From Mobula hypostoma (Eukaryota), in NCBI RefSeq assembly GCF_963921235.1, contig NC_086108.1, positions 13,640,001 to 13,704,000 of the forward strand: DNA of 64,000 bases, given 5' to 3'. Below, one piece after another: positions 1-12,232 of this stretch. The notes beneath the pieces were generated by a model, which did no database searches, was not told the DNA's origin, and was given only the letters and a program-made list of their open reading frames with translations. The number at the start of each line of letters is the position of its first letter. Positions within the stretch are counted from its first letter, which is position 1. A program made the position numbers and the translations under genes.

Positions 1-129
1 ATCAGGTTTTTATGCCCTTGCCATGGCAGTCTAATTGCACGAGATAACTTCCTCCAATGATTCTGTTCCAAATGCACTGCAAACAATCCAACACGTACAA
101 GTGTCATCTCCCAGGTAAGGTTCCCAGTA

Positions 130-263
130 CACGAGAAAATGTGCAGATCCTGGAAATCCAAAACCACCACACACAATCTGCTGGGGGAACTTAGCAGGTC
201 AGGCAGCATTTATAGAAAAGAGTCAACTGTCGACGTCTTGGGTGGAGACCCTTCTTCAGGACT
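130..263 (-). repeat. Old diverged Penelope terminal-repeat fragment with decayed hammerhead motif
   Basis: Similar to the young terminal repeat: gcagatcctggaaatc...gcaggtcaggcagcat...gtcgacgtcttgggtggagacccttcttcaggact. Confidence 0.7.
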
Positions 264-1681
264 TGGTAAAGTTCTCAGTACCACATGAACTAAATCCTTC
301 CCTCTTAGCTGCATCTGTCAGCATCCTTCCTTCTACAGTACTCTCAAGTACATGGGATGAAAAGTAAACTGATATCCCAAAAACCTCGCAAAGACGACCT
401 CAACACTTTTTCTACTTCCATCACCAATATGGACCATGAACGAGTCATAAATTTGTACAGTACAGAAATGGGCCCTGAAGCCCACTACATCCATGCCAAC
501 ACCTCTGCCCATTACTTCATCAATTCTTCTACTCATCTTCTTAAGTCCATCTAAATGCCTCTTCAATAGAGCAATTGTATCTGATTCTACTTCCTCTTCT
601 GGCAGTGTGCTCACTGTATTAAAAAAAATCCTTCCTCTCACCTTAAGCCTATACCCTTTTGTTTTTGATACTTCTAGTATGGGGAAAAACATTTTACCTA
701 CCTTGCCCATGCCTCAAGATCTTACATATTACTGTCGACCTTCTTCACTCCAAGGAAAACAAGTCCAGCCCATCCTTTCTCCTCACACCAGTCCCGACTA
801 GGAGTTGAGGATGCCATCATCTACCTGCTGAACCGTGTCTACGCCCACCTGGACAAGCCAGCGAGCACTGTGAGGGTCATGTTTTTTGACTTCTCCAGTG
901 CGTTCAACACCATCTGCCCTGCTCTGCTGGGGGAGAAGCTGACAGCGATGCAGGTGGATGCTTCCCTGGTATCATGGATTCTTGATTACCTGACTGGCAG
1001 ACCACAGTACGTGTGCTTGCAACACTGTGTGTCCGACAGAATGATCAGCAGCACTGGGGACTGTCTTGTCTCCCTTTCTCTTCACCATTTACACCTCGGA
1101 CTTCAACTACTATACAGAGTCTTGTCATCTTCAGAAGTTTTCGGATGACTCTGCCATAGTTGGATGCATCAGCAAGGGAGATGAGGCTGAGTACAGGGCA
1201 ACGATAAGATACTTTGTCACATGGTGTGAGCAGAATTATCGGCAGCTTAATGTGAAAAAGACTAAGGAGCTGGTGGTAGACCTGAGGAGAGCTAAGGTAC
1301 CAGTGACCCCTGTTTCCATCCAGGGGGTCAGTGTGGACATGGTGGAGGATTACAAATACCTGGGGATACGAATTGACAATAAACTGGACTGGTCAATGAA
1401 CACTGAGGCTGTCTACAAGAAGGGTCAGAGCCGTCTCTATTTCCTGAGGAGACTGAGGTCCTTTAACATCTGCCGGACGATGCTGAGGATGTTCTATGAG
1501 TCTGTGGCGGCCAATGCAACCACGTTTGCTGTTGTGTACTGGGGCAGCAGGCTGAAGGTAGCAGACAACAACAGAATCAACAAAAACAACAGGAATTCTG
1601 CAGATGCTGGAAATTCAAGCAACATACATCAAAGTTGCTGGTGAACGCAGCAGGCCAGGCAGCATCTATAGGAAGAGGCGC

Positions 1682-1717
1682 AGTCGACGTTTCAGGCCGA
1701 GACCCTTCGTCAGGACT
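1682..1717 (-). ncRNA. Minimal type I hammerhead ribozyme motif (COP1-sense)
   Basis: AGUC-CUGACGA-AGGGUCUCGGCCU-GAAA-CG-UC/GACU: stem I AGUC/GACU, conserved core, stem II hairpin, palindromic ACGU stem III, GUC cleavage triplet. Confidence 0.85.
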
Positions 1718-2015
1718 AACTGAAGGAAGAGTGAGTAAGGGATTTGAAAGCTGGAGGGGGAGGGGGAGATGCAAAATGATAGGAGAAGACAGGAGGGGGA
1801 GGGATGGAGCCGAGAGCTGGACAGGTGATAGGCAGAAGGGGATACGAGAGGATCATGGGACAGGAGGTCCGGGAAGAAAGACGGGGGGGGGGGGGGGTGA
1901 CCCAGAGGATGGGCAAGAGGTATATTCAGAGGGACAGAGGGAGAAAAAGGAGAGTGAGAGAAAGAATGTGTGCATTAAAAAGAGTAACAGATGGGGTACG
2001 AGGGGGAGGTGGGGC

Positions 2016-4523
2016 CTAGCGGAAGTTAGAGAAGTCAATGTTCATGCCATCAGGTTGGAGGCTACCCAGACGGAATATAAGGTGTTGTTCCTCCAACCTG
2101 AGTGTGGCTTCATCTTTACAGTAGAGGAGGCCGTGGATAGACATGTCAGAATGGGAATGGGATGTGGAATTAAAATGTGTGGCCACTGGGAGATCCTGCT
2201 TTCTCTGGCGGACAGAGCGTAGATGTTCAGCAAAGCGGTCTCCCAGTCTGCGTCGGGTCTCACCAATATATAAAAGGCCACATCGGGAGCACCGGACGCA
2301 GTATATCACCCCAGTCGACTCACAGGTGAAGTGATGCCTCACCTGGAAGGACTGTTTGGGGCCCTGAATGGTGGTAAGGGAGGAAGTGTAAGGGCATGTG
2401 TAGCACTTGTTCCGCTTACACGGATAAGTGCCAGCAGGGAGATCAGTGGGGAGGGATGGGGGGGACGAATGGACAAGGGAGTTGTGTAGGGAGCGATCCC
2501 TGCGGATGCAGAGAGAGGCGGGGAGGGAAAGATATGCTTAGTGGTGGGATCCCGTTGGAGGTGGCGGAAGTTACGGAGAATAATATGTTGGACCCGGAGG
2601 CTGGTGGGGTGGTAGGTGAGGACCAGGGGAACCCTATTCCTAGTGGGGTGGTGGGAGGATGGAGTGAGAGCAGATGTACGTGAAATGGGGGAGATGCGTT
2701 TAAGAGCAGAGTTGATAGTGGAGGAAGGGAAGCCCCTTTCTTTAAAAAATGAAGACATCTCCCTCGTCCTAGAATGAAAAGCCTCATCCTGAGAGCAGAT
2801 GCGGCGGAGACGGAGGAATTGCGAGAAGGGGATGGCGTTTTTGCAAGAGACAGGGTGAGAAGAGGAATAGTCCAGATAGTTGTGAGAGTCAGTAGGCTTA
2901 TAGTAGACATCAGTGGATAAGCTGTCTCCAGAGACAGAGACAGAAAGATCTAGAAAGGGGAGGGAGGTGTCAGAAATGGACCAGGTAAACTTGAGGGCAG
3001 GGTGAAAGTTGGAGGCAAAGTTAATAAAGTCAACGAGTTCTGCATGCGTGCAGGAAGCAGCGCCAATGCAGTCGTCGATGTAGCGAAGGAAAAGTGGGGG
3101 ACAGATACCAGAATAGGCACGGAACATAGATTGTTCCACAAACCCAACAAAAAGGCAGGCATAGCTAGGGCCCATACGGGTGCCCATAGCTACACCTTTA
3201 GTTTGGAGGAAATGGGAGGAGCACAAGGAGAAATTATTAAGAGTAAGGACTAATTCTGCTAGACGGAGCAGAGTGGTGGTAGAGGGGAACTGATTAGGTC
3301 TGGAATCCAAAAAGAAGCGTAGAGCTTTGAGACCTTCCTGATGGGGGATGGAAGTATATAGGGACTGGACATCCAAGGTGAAAATAAAGCGGTGGGGGCC
3401 AGGGAACTTAAAATCATCGAAAAGTTTAAGAGCGTGAGAAGTGTCACGAACATAGGTCGGAAGGGATTGAACAAGGGGTGATAAAACAGTGTCGAGGTAT
3501 GCAGAAACGAGTTCGGTGGGGCAGGAGCAAGCTGAGACAATAGGTCGGCCAAGACAGGCAGGTTTGTGGATCTTGGGTAGGAGGTAGAAACGGGAAGTGC
3601 GGGGTGTGGGAACTATAAGGTTGGTAGCAGTGGATGGGAGATCCCCTGAGCGGATAAAGTCGTTGATAGTGTGGGAGACAATGGCCTGGTGCTCCTTAGT
3701 GGGGTCACGATCGAGGGGTAAATAAGAGGAGGTATCCGCGAGTTGTCGCTGTGCCTCGGCAAGGTAGAGGTCAGTACGCCAGACTACAACAGCACCCCCC
3801 TTATCAGCGGGTTTAATAATAATGTTAGGATTAGTGCGGAGGGAGTGGAGAGCAGAGCGTTCCGAAGGAGTGAGGTTGGAATGGGGACAAGGTGCGGTGA
3901 AGTCGAGACGGTTGATGTCCCGTCGGCAGTTGGCAATAAAGAGATCCAGAGCAGGCAGAAGACCAGAGCGGGGTGTCCATGAAGAAGAGGAGGGATGAAG
4001 ACGGGAGAAGGGGTCATCGGTGGGGGTGGAAGAGTCCTTGCCGAAGAAGTAGGCTCGGAGACGGAGATGGCGGAAGAAAAGTTCCGCATCATGGCGAACA
4101 CGGAACTCGCTGAGGTGTGGGCGAAGGGGGACAAACGTGAGGCCCTTACTGAGAACAGAGCGTTCTGCCTCCGACAGTTGAAGGTCGGAGGGGATGGTAA
4201 AGACCCGGCACGGATGAGAGCTGGGATCAGAGGGGGGAGGGGGGAGGCTGGGGGTGTCAATGGAGAGGGGAGGGTTGGGGTGAGAGGAAGATGGAGCCTC
4301 TGAGGGCCCAGGAGTTGACGGTGGGATCTGAGGAAGACGGGGCTGCGGAGTGGTGGTGGGGGAAGGGGAGACGGGAGTCACAACAGCAGCACATAAAGAC
4401 CCGGCCTGGAGTTCAAGGCTGGAGTCGCAGTTGGTGGTTGCGCGATCGCTTTGAATGTCTCCATGGTCGTTGCTGGAGTCCGGGTTTTGAATATGTCCTG
4501 AGGTGTTGGAGCCGCCGAGACCA
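2016..4523 (-). pseudogene. Penelope RT/GIY-YIG polyprotein ORF, 5'-truncated, one frameshift near 2506
   Basis: Motifs KPADKGGAVVV, YLLPKIHK, RPIVS, DVQSLYT, GVAMGT, RYIDD, FLDL, then VIYCVRC..LYIGET..RFAEH; tgcggatgca here versus tgcggaatgca in sister copies shows a 1-bp deletion; frame is open up to the junction at ~4523. Confidence 0.92.
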
Positions 4524-4774
4524 ACATTCTTTCTCTCACTCTCCTTTTTCTCCCTCTGTCCCTCTGAATATACCTCTTGCCCATCCTCTGGGTCACCCCC
4601 CCCCCCCCCGTCTTTCTTCCCGGACCTCCTGTCCCATGATCCTCTCGTATCCCCTTCTGCCTATCACCTGTCCAGCTCTCGGCTCCATCCCTCCCCCTCC
4701 TGTCTTCTCCTATCATTTTGCATCTCCCCCTCCCCCTCCAGCTTTCAAATCCCTTACTCACTCTTCCTTCAGTT

Positions 4775-4810
4775 AGTCCTGACGAAGGGTCTCGGCCTGA
4801 AACGTCGACT
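4775..4810 (+). ncRNA. Minimal type I hammerhead ribozyme motif (COP1-antisense)
   Basis: agtc ctgacga agggtctcggcct gaaa cgtc gact. Confidence 0.85.
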
Positions 4811-6009
4811 GCGCCTCTTCCTATAGATGCTGCCTGGCCTGCTGCGTTCACCAGCAACTTTGATGTATGTTGCTTAACAGAATCAACAAACTCATTTGTA
4901 AGGCCAGTGATGTTGTGGGGATGGAACTGGACTCTCTCACGGTGGTGTCTAAAAAGAGGATGCTGCCTAAGTTGCATGACATCTTGGTCAATGTCTCCCA
5001 TCCACTACATAATGTACTGGTTGGGTACAGGAGTACATTCAGCCAGAGACTCATTCCACCGAGATGCAACACAGAGCGTCATAGGAAGTCATTCCTGCCT
5101 GTGGCCATCAAACTTTACAGCTCCTCCCTTGGAGGGTCAGATCCCTGAGCCAATAGGCTGGTCCTGAACTTATTTCATAATTTACTGGCATAAATTACAT
5201 ATTACTATTTAACTATTATGGTTCTATTACTATTTATTACTTATGGTGCAACTGTAACGAAAACCAATTTCCCCTGGGATCAGTAAAGTATGACTATGAC
5301 TATAACTCAAGTCCTTCAATCCAGGCAATACTTAGTGAATTTCCTTCTGCACTCTCCAGTGCAACTCCATCCTTCCTAAGGTATGGTAAATAGAACTGTA
5401 CACAATACTCTAGGTGTGGCTGAACCAGTGTTTTGTAATGTTGAAACAATATGTTCCAACTCTGCCATATTTGCCTTTCATCCTAGCTGGAATATACTAG
5501 CATGAACACTTGCTAATGCTCTTTTAAGATTCCCACTTGTTAAGATATTGTTTTACTCACAAGTGTTTACTCCTAATTGACTTTCTGTTGAATAGAGTTA
5601 TTCATTGCCCCACCTCATTCCATACAGTCAGAACAATCCTCATCTGTTCACACTAGGAAGATAACACACCAACCAAGAAGTGGTTCTTGTTTCAGAAATT
5701 TCCATTTGCCTCAAAACCATGAGTACAATTGAGCTACCTATGGTGATGTAGATTTAGCTCCTGTTGTAGTTCAAAGTGAACTGAATTACTGTCAGTGAGC
5801 CCAATGGACTCAAGGTACTACTTGCTGTGGACTTTATCCATCTGGCTGTTATTCATTCATTTTCTGCCTATACATTCAAACCATTGCATGACCACTTGCA
5901 GAAAAAAAAAAGCTACCGTTCTTGGTCTCATAACGACTTCTAGTGATCCTAAATCTTGACTACAAAACCTCAGCTGACCATGTAATGCACACCTGCCTAT
6001 GAACAGTCT

Positions 6010-7373
6010 ACACAAGAACACAAGAAATAGGAGCAGGAGTTGGCCATCTGGCCCGGCGAGCCTGCTCCACCATTCAATAAGATCAGGGCTGATCTGGCCA
6101 TGGACTCATCTCCACCTACCTGCCTTTTCCCCATAACCCTCAATTCCCTACTATGCAAAAATCTATCCTTGTCTTAGATACATTTACTGAGGTAGCCTCC
6201 ACTGCTTCATTGGGCAGAGAATTCCATTCTCTTGGAAAAGCAGTTCCTCCTCATCTCCATCCTAAATCTAGTCCCCCGAATCTTGAAGCTATGTTCCCTA
6301 GTTCTAGTTTCACCTACCACTAGAAACAACTTTCCTGCCTCTATCTTATCTATTCTTTTCATACTTTTATGTTTCTATAAGATCTCCTCTCATTCTTCTG
6401 AATTCCAGCTAGTACAGTCCCAGGCAACTCAATCTCTCCTCATGGTCTAGCCTCCTCGTCTCTGGAATCAACTTGGTGCAACTCCTCTGCTCCACCTCCA
6501 AAGCCAGTATATCCTTCAAGAAAGGAGGTCAGAAATGCACACAGTACTCCAGGTGCTGTCTCACCAGTACCCTGTACAGTTGCAGCATAGCTTCCCTGCT
6601 CTTAAATTCAATCCCTCTAGCAATGAAGGCCAACATTCCATTTGCCTTCCTGATAGCCTGCTGCACCTGCAAACCACCCCTTTGTGATTCATGCACAAGC
6701 ATTCCCAAGTCCCTCTGCAGCATGCTGCAATTTTTTTTTTTACCATTTAAATAATAATCTGCTCTTCCATTTTTCCTTCCAAAGTGGACGACCTCACATT
6801 TTCCAACATTGTACTCCATCTGCCAGATCCTTATCCACTCACTTAGCCTATCTACATCTCTCTGCAGACTCTCCGTACCTTTTGCACAATTTGCTTTTCT
6901 ACTCAATTTAGTATCATCAACAAACTTAGATACATTACACCATGCCCCCTCTTCCAGATCGTAAACGTATTATCATGAACAGCTGCAGGCCCAGCACCGA
7001 CCCCTGCAGCACACCACTCACTCACCAGAGTAACAGCCATGTATCCCAACTCTGCTTTCTATTAGTTAACCAATCCTCTATCCATGTTAATACATCACCC
7101 CCAACTCTCTGCATCCTTATAGATGTCTTTTAGGTGGCATCTTATCAAATGCCTTCTGGAAATCCAAATAAATAACATCCATCTGTTCCCCTCTATCCAC
7201 TATGCTCGCTATATCCTCAAAGAACTCCAGTAAGTTTGTCAAACAGGACCTGCCTTTGTTGAATCCATGCTGCATCTACCTGATGGATCCACTTCTTTCT
7301 AGATGCCTCACTATTTCTTCTTTATTGATAGCTTCAAGCATTTTCCCAACTACAGATGTTAAACTAACTGGCC
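6010..7373 (-). mobile_element. CR1 LINE 3' portion, decayed
   Basis: ORF 6529..6906 LQRDVDRLSEW..WQMEYNVGKCEVVHFG..RDLG..LYRVLVRQHLEYCV; CR1-type 3' tail at 6010. Confidence 0.85.
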
Positions 7374-7879
7374 TGGGCAACTGTTTGACTTGGAAGCCAA
7401 AAAAGCAGCATAACACCTAGATTTATAGACAAACACAATTGGTAATTTATGGAGCCAAAAACAAGCTGCTGGTCCAACTCATTGGGAGACCGCAGCATCT
7501 GGGAGGGAAATAGACAACCACCCCAGTTCAGATGAAGGGTCTCGACCCAAATGGTGATTATCCATTTCCTTTCATAGGTGCTGCCTGATCTGCTCAGTTC
7601 TTCCAGCAACTCATTTGTTGCTTGAGATTCCGGTATTTTCAGTCTCCTTTCTCATCAGGTAACATGTTTATTGACTAGTCATTGGAGAACACCAAGCTTA
7701 ATTTTAAGCTGTTCTGGAGGGTTCTAAAAATAAGAAAAGATTTCTCTGCCAGCTTTTCTAAAATCAACAAACATAAGTGAACAACAACAGGAATTCTGCA
7801 GATGCTGAAAATTCAAGCAACACACATCAAAGTTGCTGGTGAACGCAGCAGGCCAGGCAGCATCTCTAGGAAGAGGTAC

Positions 7880-7915
7880 AGTCGACGTTTCAGGCCGAGA
7901 CCCTTCGTCAGGACT
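7880..7915 (-). ncRNA. Minimal hammerhead ribozyme motif (COP1-sense)
   Basis: Same 36-nt motif as 1682-1717, core intact. Confidence 0.85.
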
Positions 7916-9110
7916 AACTGAAGGAAGAGTGAGTAAGGGATTTGAAAGTTGGAGGGGGAGGGGGGAGATCCAAAATGATAAGAGAAGACAGGAGGGGGAG
8001 GGATGGAGCCAAGAGCTGGACAGGTGATTGGCAAAAGGGGATACGAGAGGATCATGGGACAGGAGGTCCGGGAAGAAAGACGGGGGGGGGGGGACCCAGA
8101 GGATGGGCAAGAGGCATATTCAGAGGGACAGAGGGAGAAAAAGGAGAGTGAGAGAAAGAATGTGTGCATAAAAATAAGTAACAGATGGGGTACGAGGGGG
8201 AGGTGGGGCCTAGCGGAAGTTAGAGAAGTCGATGTTCATGCCATCAGGTTGGAGGCTACCCACATGCCATCAGGTTGGAGGCTACCACCACTAAGCACAT
8301 CTTTCCCTCCCCTCCTCTCTCTGCATTCCGCAGGGATCGCTCCCTACACAACTCCCTTGTCCATTCGTCCCCCCCATCCCTCCCCACTGATCTCCCTCCT
8401 GGCACTTATCCCTGTAAGCGGAACAAGTGCTACACATGCCCTTACACTTCCTCCCTTACCACCATTCAGGGCCCCAAACAGTCCTTCCAGGTGAGGCAAC
8501 ACTTCACCTGTGAGTCGACTGGGGTGATATACTGCGTCCGGTGCTCCCGATGTGGCCTTTTATATATTGGCAAGACCCGATGCAGACTGGGAGACCGCTT
8601 TGCTGAACATCTATGCTCTGTCCGCCAGAGAAAGCAGGATCTCCCAGTGGCCACACATTTTAATTCCACATCCCATTCCCATTCTGACATGTCTATCCAC
8701 GGCCTCCTCTACTGTAAAGATGAAGCCACACTCAGGTTGGAGGAACAACACCTTATATTCTGTCTGGGTAGCCTCCAACCTGATGGCATGAACATCGACT
8801 TCTCTAACTTCTGCTAGGCCCCACCTTCCCCTTGTACCCCATCTGTTACTTATTTTTATGCACACATTCTTTCTCTCACTCTCCTTTTTCTCCCTCTGTC
8901 CCTCTGAATATACCTCTTGCCTATCCTCTGGGTCCCCCCCCCCCCGTCTTTCTTCCCGGACCTCCTGTCCCATGATCCTCTCGTATCCCCTTTTGCCAAC
9001 CAACTGTCCAGCTCTTGGCTCCATCCCTCCCCCTCCTGTCTTCTCCTATCATTTTGGATCTCCCCCTCCCCCTCCAACTTTCAAATCCCTTACTCACTCT
9101 TCCTTCAGTT

Positions 9111-9146
9111 AGTCCTGACGAAGGGTCTCGGTCTGAAACGTCGACT
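9111..9146 (+). ncRNA. Minimal hammerhead ribozyme motif (COP1-antisense)
   Basis: agtc ctgacga agggtctcggtct gaaa cgtc gact. Confidence 0.8.
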
Positions 9147-9255
9147 GCACCTCTTCCTAGAGATGCTGCCTGGCCTGCTGCATTCACCAGCAACTTTGAT
9201 GTGTGTTGCATAAACATAAGTGAAATAGTTTTGTGAAGAAAGGGATTTTACAAAC

Positions 9256-9315
9256 CTCCACCCGCTTGATGTCCTCCTCAAGAACATTCAGCTCCTTTTG
9301 TAACTGCTCCAGTTG
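9256..9315 (-). CDS. COP1: COP1 exon 7 equivalent, 60 bp, coiled coil
   Basis: Translates QLEQLQKELNVLEEDIKRVE (visible inside ORF 9184..9387); cag acceptor and gtttgt donor. Confidence 0.95.
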
Positions 9316-11126
9316 CTGTGAAGGGAAGTTTGAGGCAGTTAACCTTAGAAAGGATACAAATTCTGTCAGAAATCCAATCCAACCCACATCATGTAAAGGA
9401 TGGGTGACCCTTCCACCTCTGAAACTGTAACTTTCCTATCAAGTACCTGTCCAAATACCTTTAAGTGTTATAATTCTATCTGCCTTCACCATTTCCTCTG
9501 GCAGCTCACTCCAGATAACCACTTCTGTATGGAAAACAAATCCCTTAGATCTGCTTTAAAATTTTCCCACTTACATTAAAACTGTCCTCCCTAATTCTCG
9601 ATATCCCTGCTCTGGCAAAATGATTCTGATCTATCTATCCTATCTCCGTCTCATAATTTAAAAAAAACTCTATAAAGTCACCCCTCAGACTCCTATGTTC
9701 CAGTGAGAATAAATAGAACCCATCCCAGTTTATTTAACTACAGCCCTCCAATCCATGAAACATCCTGGTGAACCTCTTCTGCACTCTCCACTGGTACCGC
9801 ATTCTTCCTTTAGAGTCCCAATTCAGTACTGTGGCTTCATAAATCAAGTATATTAAATGACATCACTACCCTTTCCTATCCAAGTACCTGCTCAAACACC
9901 TATTAAACTTTGTTACTTGTATCTGCCTCTACCTGTGTTTCAATTTTCTGGGGGCAATGGATTTGCACTCCAAGTTCCCTGACATTTACTCTATACTCTA
10001 CAAGAATTTGACTTCTCAAGGTACATTACTTTATCCATTCCATCCGACACCACTCCATATCAAACTCTCCATCTGATCTATGTCCCACTACAACTACTTT
10101 ATTATCCACAACTCCAATTTTCCTGTAGTCTGCAAACTTATAAATCAGACCACCTGCATACTCAGTCATTTGTATTTCAAACAGATTCTGGCACTGATTC
10201 CTGTGGTAAAACACTTATTACAGACTTTGTCAGGAAAATACCCATCCATCACTCCTTTCTGCCTCCCATCACCAAGTATCCTATGGATAGACTCCATCAG
10301 GACATCGGGTTTATCCATCCTAATGTGCTTTATTATTTCCAGGTCTACTCCTTCCTGAAGCAGATGTGCTCCACTCTATCAGTATACTCCTTTAAATTTT
10401 CAAACTCCACATCCTCCTTGGAAATATCCCTGGCTCGACTGATTACACAACTGGCTGTTCCTTTCTTAGCTGTCCTTTGCTTCTAATATAAAGGTTTTTA
10501 GAATTTTTCCTAATCTACTTGCCAAGATCCCTTTTTGCCATCCTAATTTCTTTCAGTTCTTTCCTGCATCCCTTGCAAACCTCGTGATATTTTTAATATA
10601 AATTTGTTAATACCAGATATTTGCTTCCTTCTTTTCCTTCAACCCTTCAATATCCTTTGTTAAAACACAGTTCCCAAAACACCTCTGCCTCCTACTCTTA
10701 CAGGGTTGCTGAATCGGAACTCTCATTTAAATGTCTCTCAAATGAGATGCTATTATCTTCTCTAGTTGCAGCTTAAAATCTACTTTCCAAATGCTCCTTA
10801 CACTACTGTGTAGGATTGGTGTAAATAGGTGGTTGATGTTCAGTGTTGCATGAATGTATAACCGAACCTCTTCTGCTGTATTAGGATCAGACTGGGACTT
10901 GATTTACCATGTGAACCAAAAGAAAACGTGCTGTACTAATTCAGTAATGCTCCTAGTTTCAGATAAGGCATTGAGAAACCATTGGTGTTGGACTTGAATT
11001 CCATTTCAAGGGTAAGTGCTGCCCATTGAATATCCAGGTGTCATATACAGCAGTATCTACTGCCTGACTGTATCTGAATATGACTTTCAAATACATCAGT
11101 TAATGGTAAATAAAAGCCAAACTAAC

Positions 11127-11195
11127 CTCCTTCTTATTCCTTCTTGCTTCCTGAAGAAATTCCATGAGGATGTGCAGCTGAGCTGCCTGTGACTC
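11127..11195 (-). CDS. COP1: COP1 exon 6 equivalent, 69 bp, coiled coil
   Basis: Translates ESQAAQLHILMEFLQEARRNKKE; tag/gttagt borders. Confidence 0.95.
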
Positions 11196-11239
11196 CTATG
11201 CAAAAAGAAGTGATAAAGATTTTAAAAAATGTAAAACTG

Positions 11240-12230
11240 AATCAGATTTATTACCACTGACATGTTGTGAAATTAGTTGTTTTGTGGCAACAGTACAGTG
11301 CCCTATATAGAATATACTATAAAGCACAATAAGAAAACACCAGTTCATGGGTTCATTGTCCATTTAGAAATCTTTCAGCAGAGGGGAAGAAACTGTTCCT
11401 AAAGCGTTCAGGCTCCTGTACTGATGGTAATAATAAGAATGGGTGGTGGAGGGCTTTAATGATGGAGGCACCTATTTTGAAGATGTCCTAGAAGGTGGGA
11501 GGCTAGTGTCCATGGCTGGCTAAGTTTAACAACCCTCTGGAGCTTTTTACAATCCTGTGCAGTGGTGCCTCCATACCATTCGGTGATGCAACCAATTAGA
11601 ATGCCCTCTGCAGTACATCTCTAGAAACGTAGTAGAGTACTTGGTGACATACCAAATCTCCTCAAACTCCTAATAAAATATAGTCACTGGTATGCTTCCC
11701 TCAACTTCCCCTTCCACGATCAATTGTACGATGTTGAGTGCAAGGTTGTTTTTATGAAAGCACTCAACCTGATTTATCCCACTTCTGTACGCCTCCTTTT
11801 TAACAAATGGGCTTCTGCTGACAATAGTTGTGTTTTGGCTTATTTATAGATGAGATTTGCACCATGCCTAGACAGAGTTATGGGTGTAGAGTTGAGCAGT
11901 CGGCTAAGTGCACATCCTTGAGACGTACAGCGTTGGTGGTTAGTGAGATGTTATGTCCGATCCACACTTTCGGTGGTCTCCCAATGAGGAAGTCAAGGAT
12001 CCAGATGAGAGGTAGGTAGAGGCACAGGATTTGAGGCTTATTGATTAGTACTGAGGGGATGAGGATGGTGAATGCTGAGCTGTAATCAAACAGCAGCTTG
12101 ACCTAGGTATTCCTGTTGTCTCGGTGGCATTAGGCCAAGTGAAGCGGTAGTGAGATTGCATCCATTGTAGCTTATTGTGATTCCAGGCAAATTTCTGCAG
12201 CTCCAGGTCCTTGTTAAGGCGAGAATTAAT
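11240..12230 (-). mobile_element. Decayed Rex1/Babar- or L2-type LINE 3' fragment
   Basis: Remnants resembling DYSSAFTI (aatgctgagctgtaatc) and LRRFG (ccaaatctcctcaa) on the minus strand. Confidence 0.55.
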
Positions 12231-12232
12231 TG

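Larger units (their letters stand above)
1585..4875 (-). mobile_element. Penelope-like element 1: 5'-truncated RT + GIY-YIG ORF, with an inverted terminal-repeat copy at 4524-4875 and a 15-bp TSD
   Basis: TSD aacagaatcaacaaa at 1570-1584 and 4876-4890; 1617-1969 is the reverse complement of 4524-4875; PLE RT and GIY-YIG motifs. Confidence 0.95.
788..5302 (+). mobile_element. 5'-truncated Rex1/Babar-type LINE (RT domain to 3' end), split by a Penelope insertion; itself inside a minus-strand CR1 3' fragment
   Basis: ORFs RVMFFDFSSAFNTI, SPFLFTIYTSD, KFSDDSAIVG, KYLG, RLYFLRRLRSF; resumes at 4876 (INKLICKAS...RKSFLPVAIKLY); tail gggatcagtaaagtatgactatgact. Confidence 0.85.
7782..9211. mobile_element. 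Penelope-like element 2: head-to-head inverted insertion (minus arm 7782-8262, plus arm 8285-9209 with GIY-YIG C-terminus), 13-bp TSD
   Basis: TSD aaacataagtgaa at 7769-7781 and 9212-9224; 7817-8262 is the reverse complement of 8765-9209; ORF 8275..8817 encodes the Cys-rich linker plus GIY-YIG. Confidence 0.93.

Noticed and set aside
1635..2222. Repeated MLVNAAGQAAS... ORFs (also at 4378-5001, 7833, 8921, 58064)
   Set aside because: Antisense readings of the purine-rich Penelope terminal repeat; they recur because the repeat recurs
1585..4875. DNA transposon or DIRS-like call based on the long terminal inverted repeats
   Set aside because: The encoded protein is PLE-type RT + GIY-YIG with no transposase or tyrosine recombinase; the arms are 3' terminal-repeat copies
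5310..6010. Search for COP1 exon 8 (EMSGLYSP...) here, and for exon 1 in 43400-64000
   Set aside because: No matching coding sequence found; both are presumably outside the window
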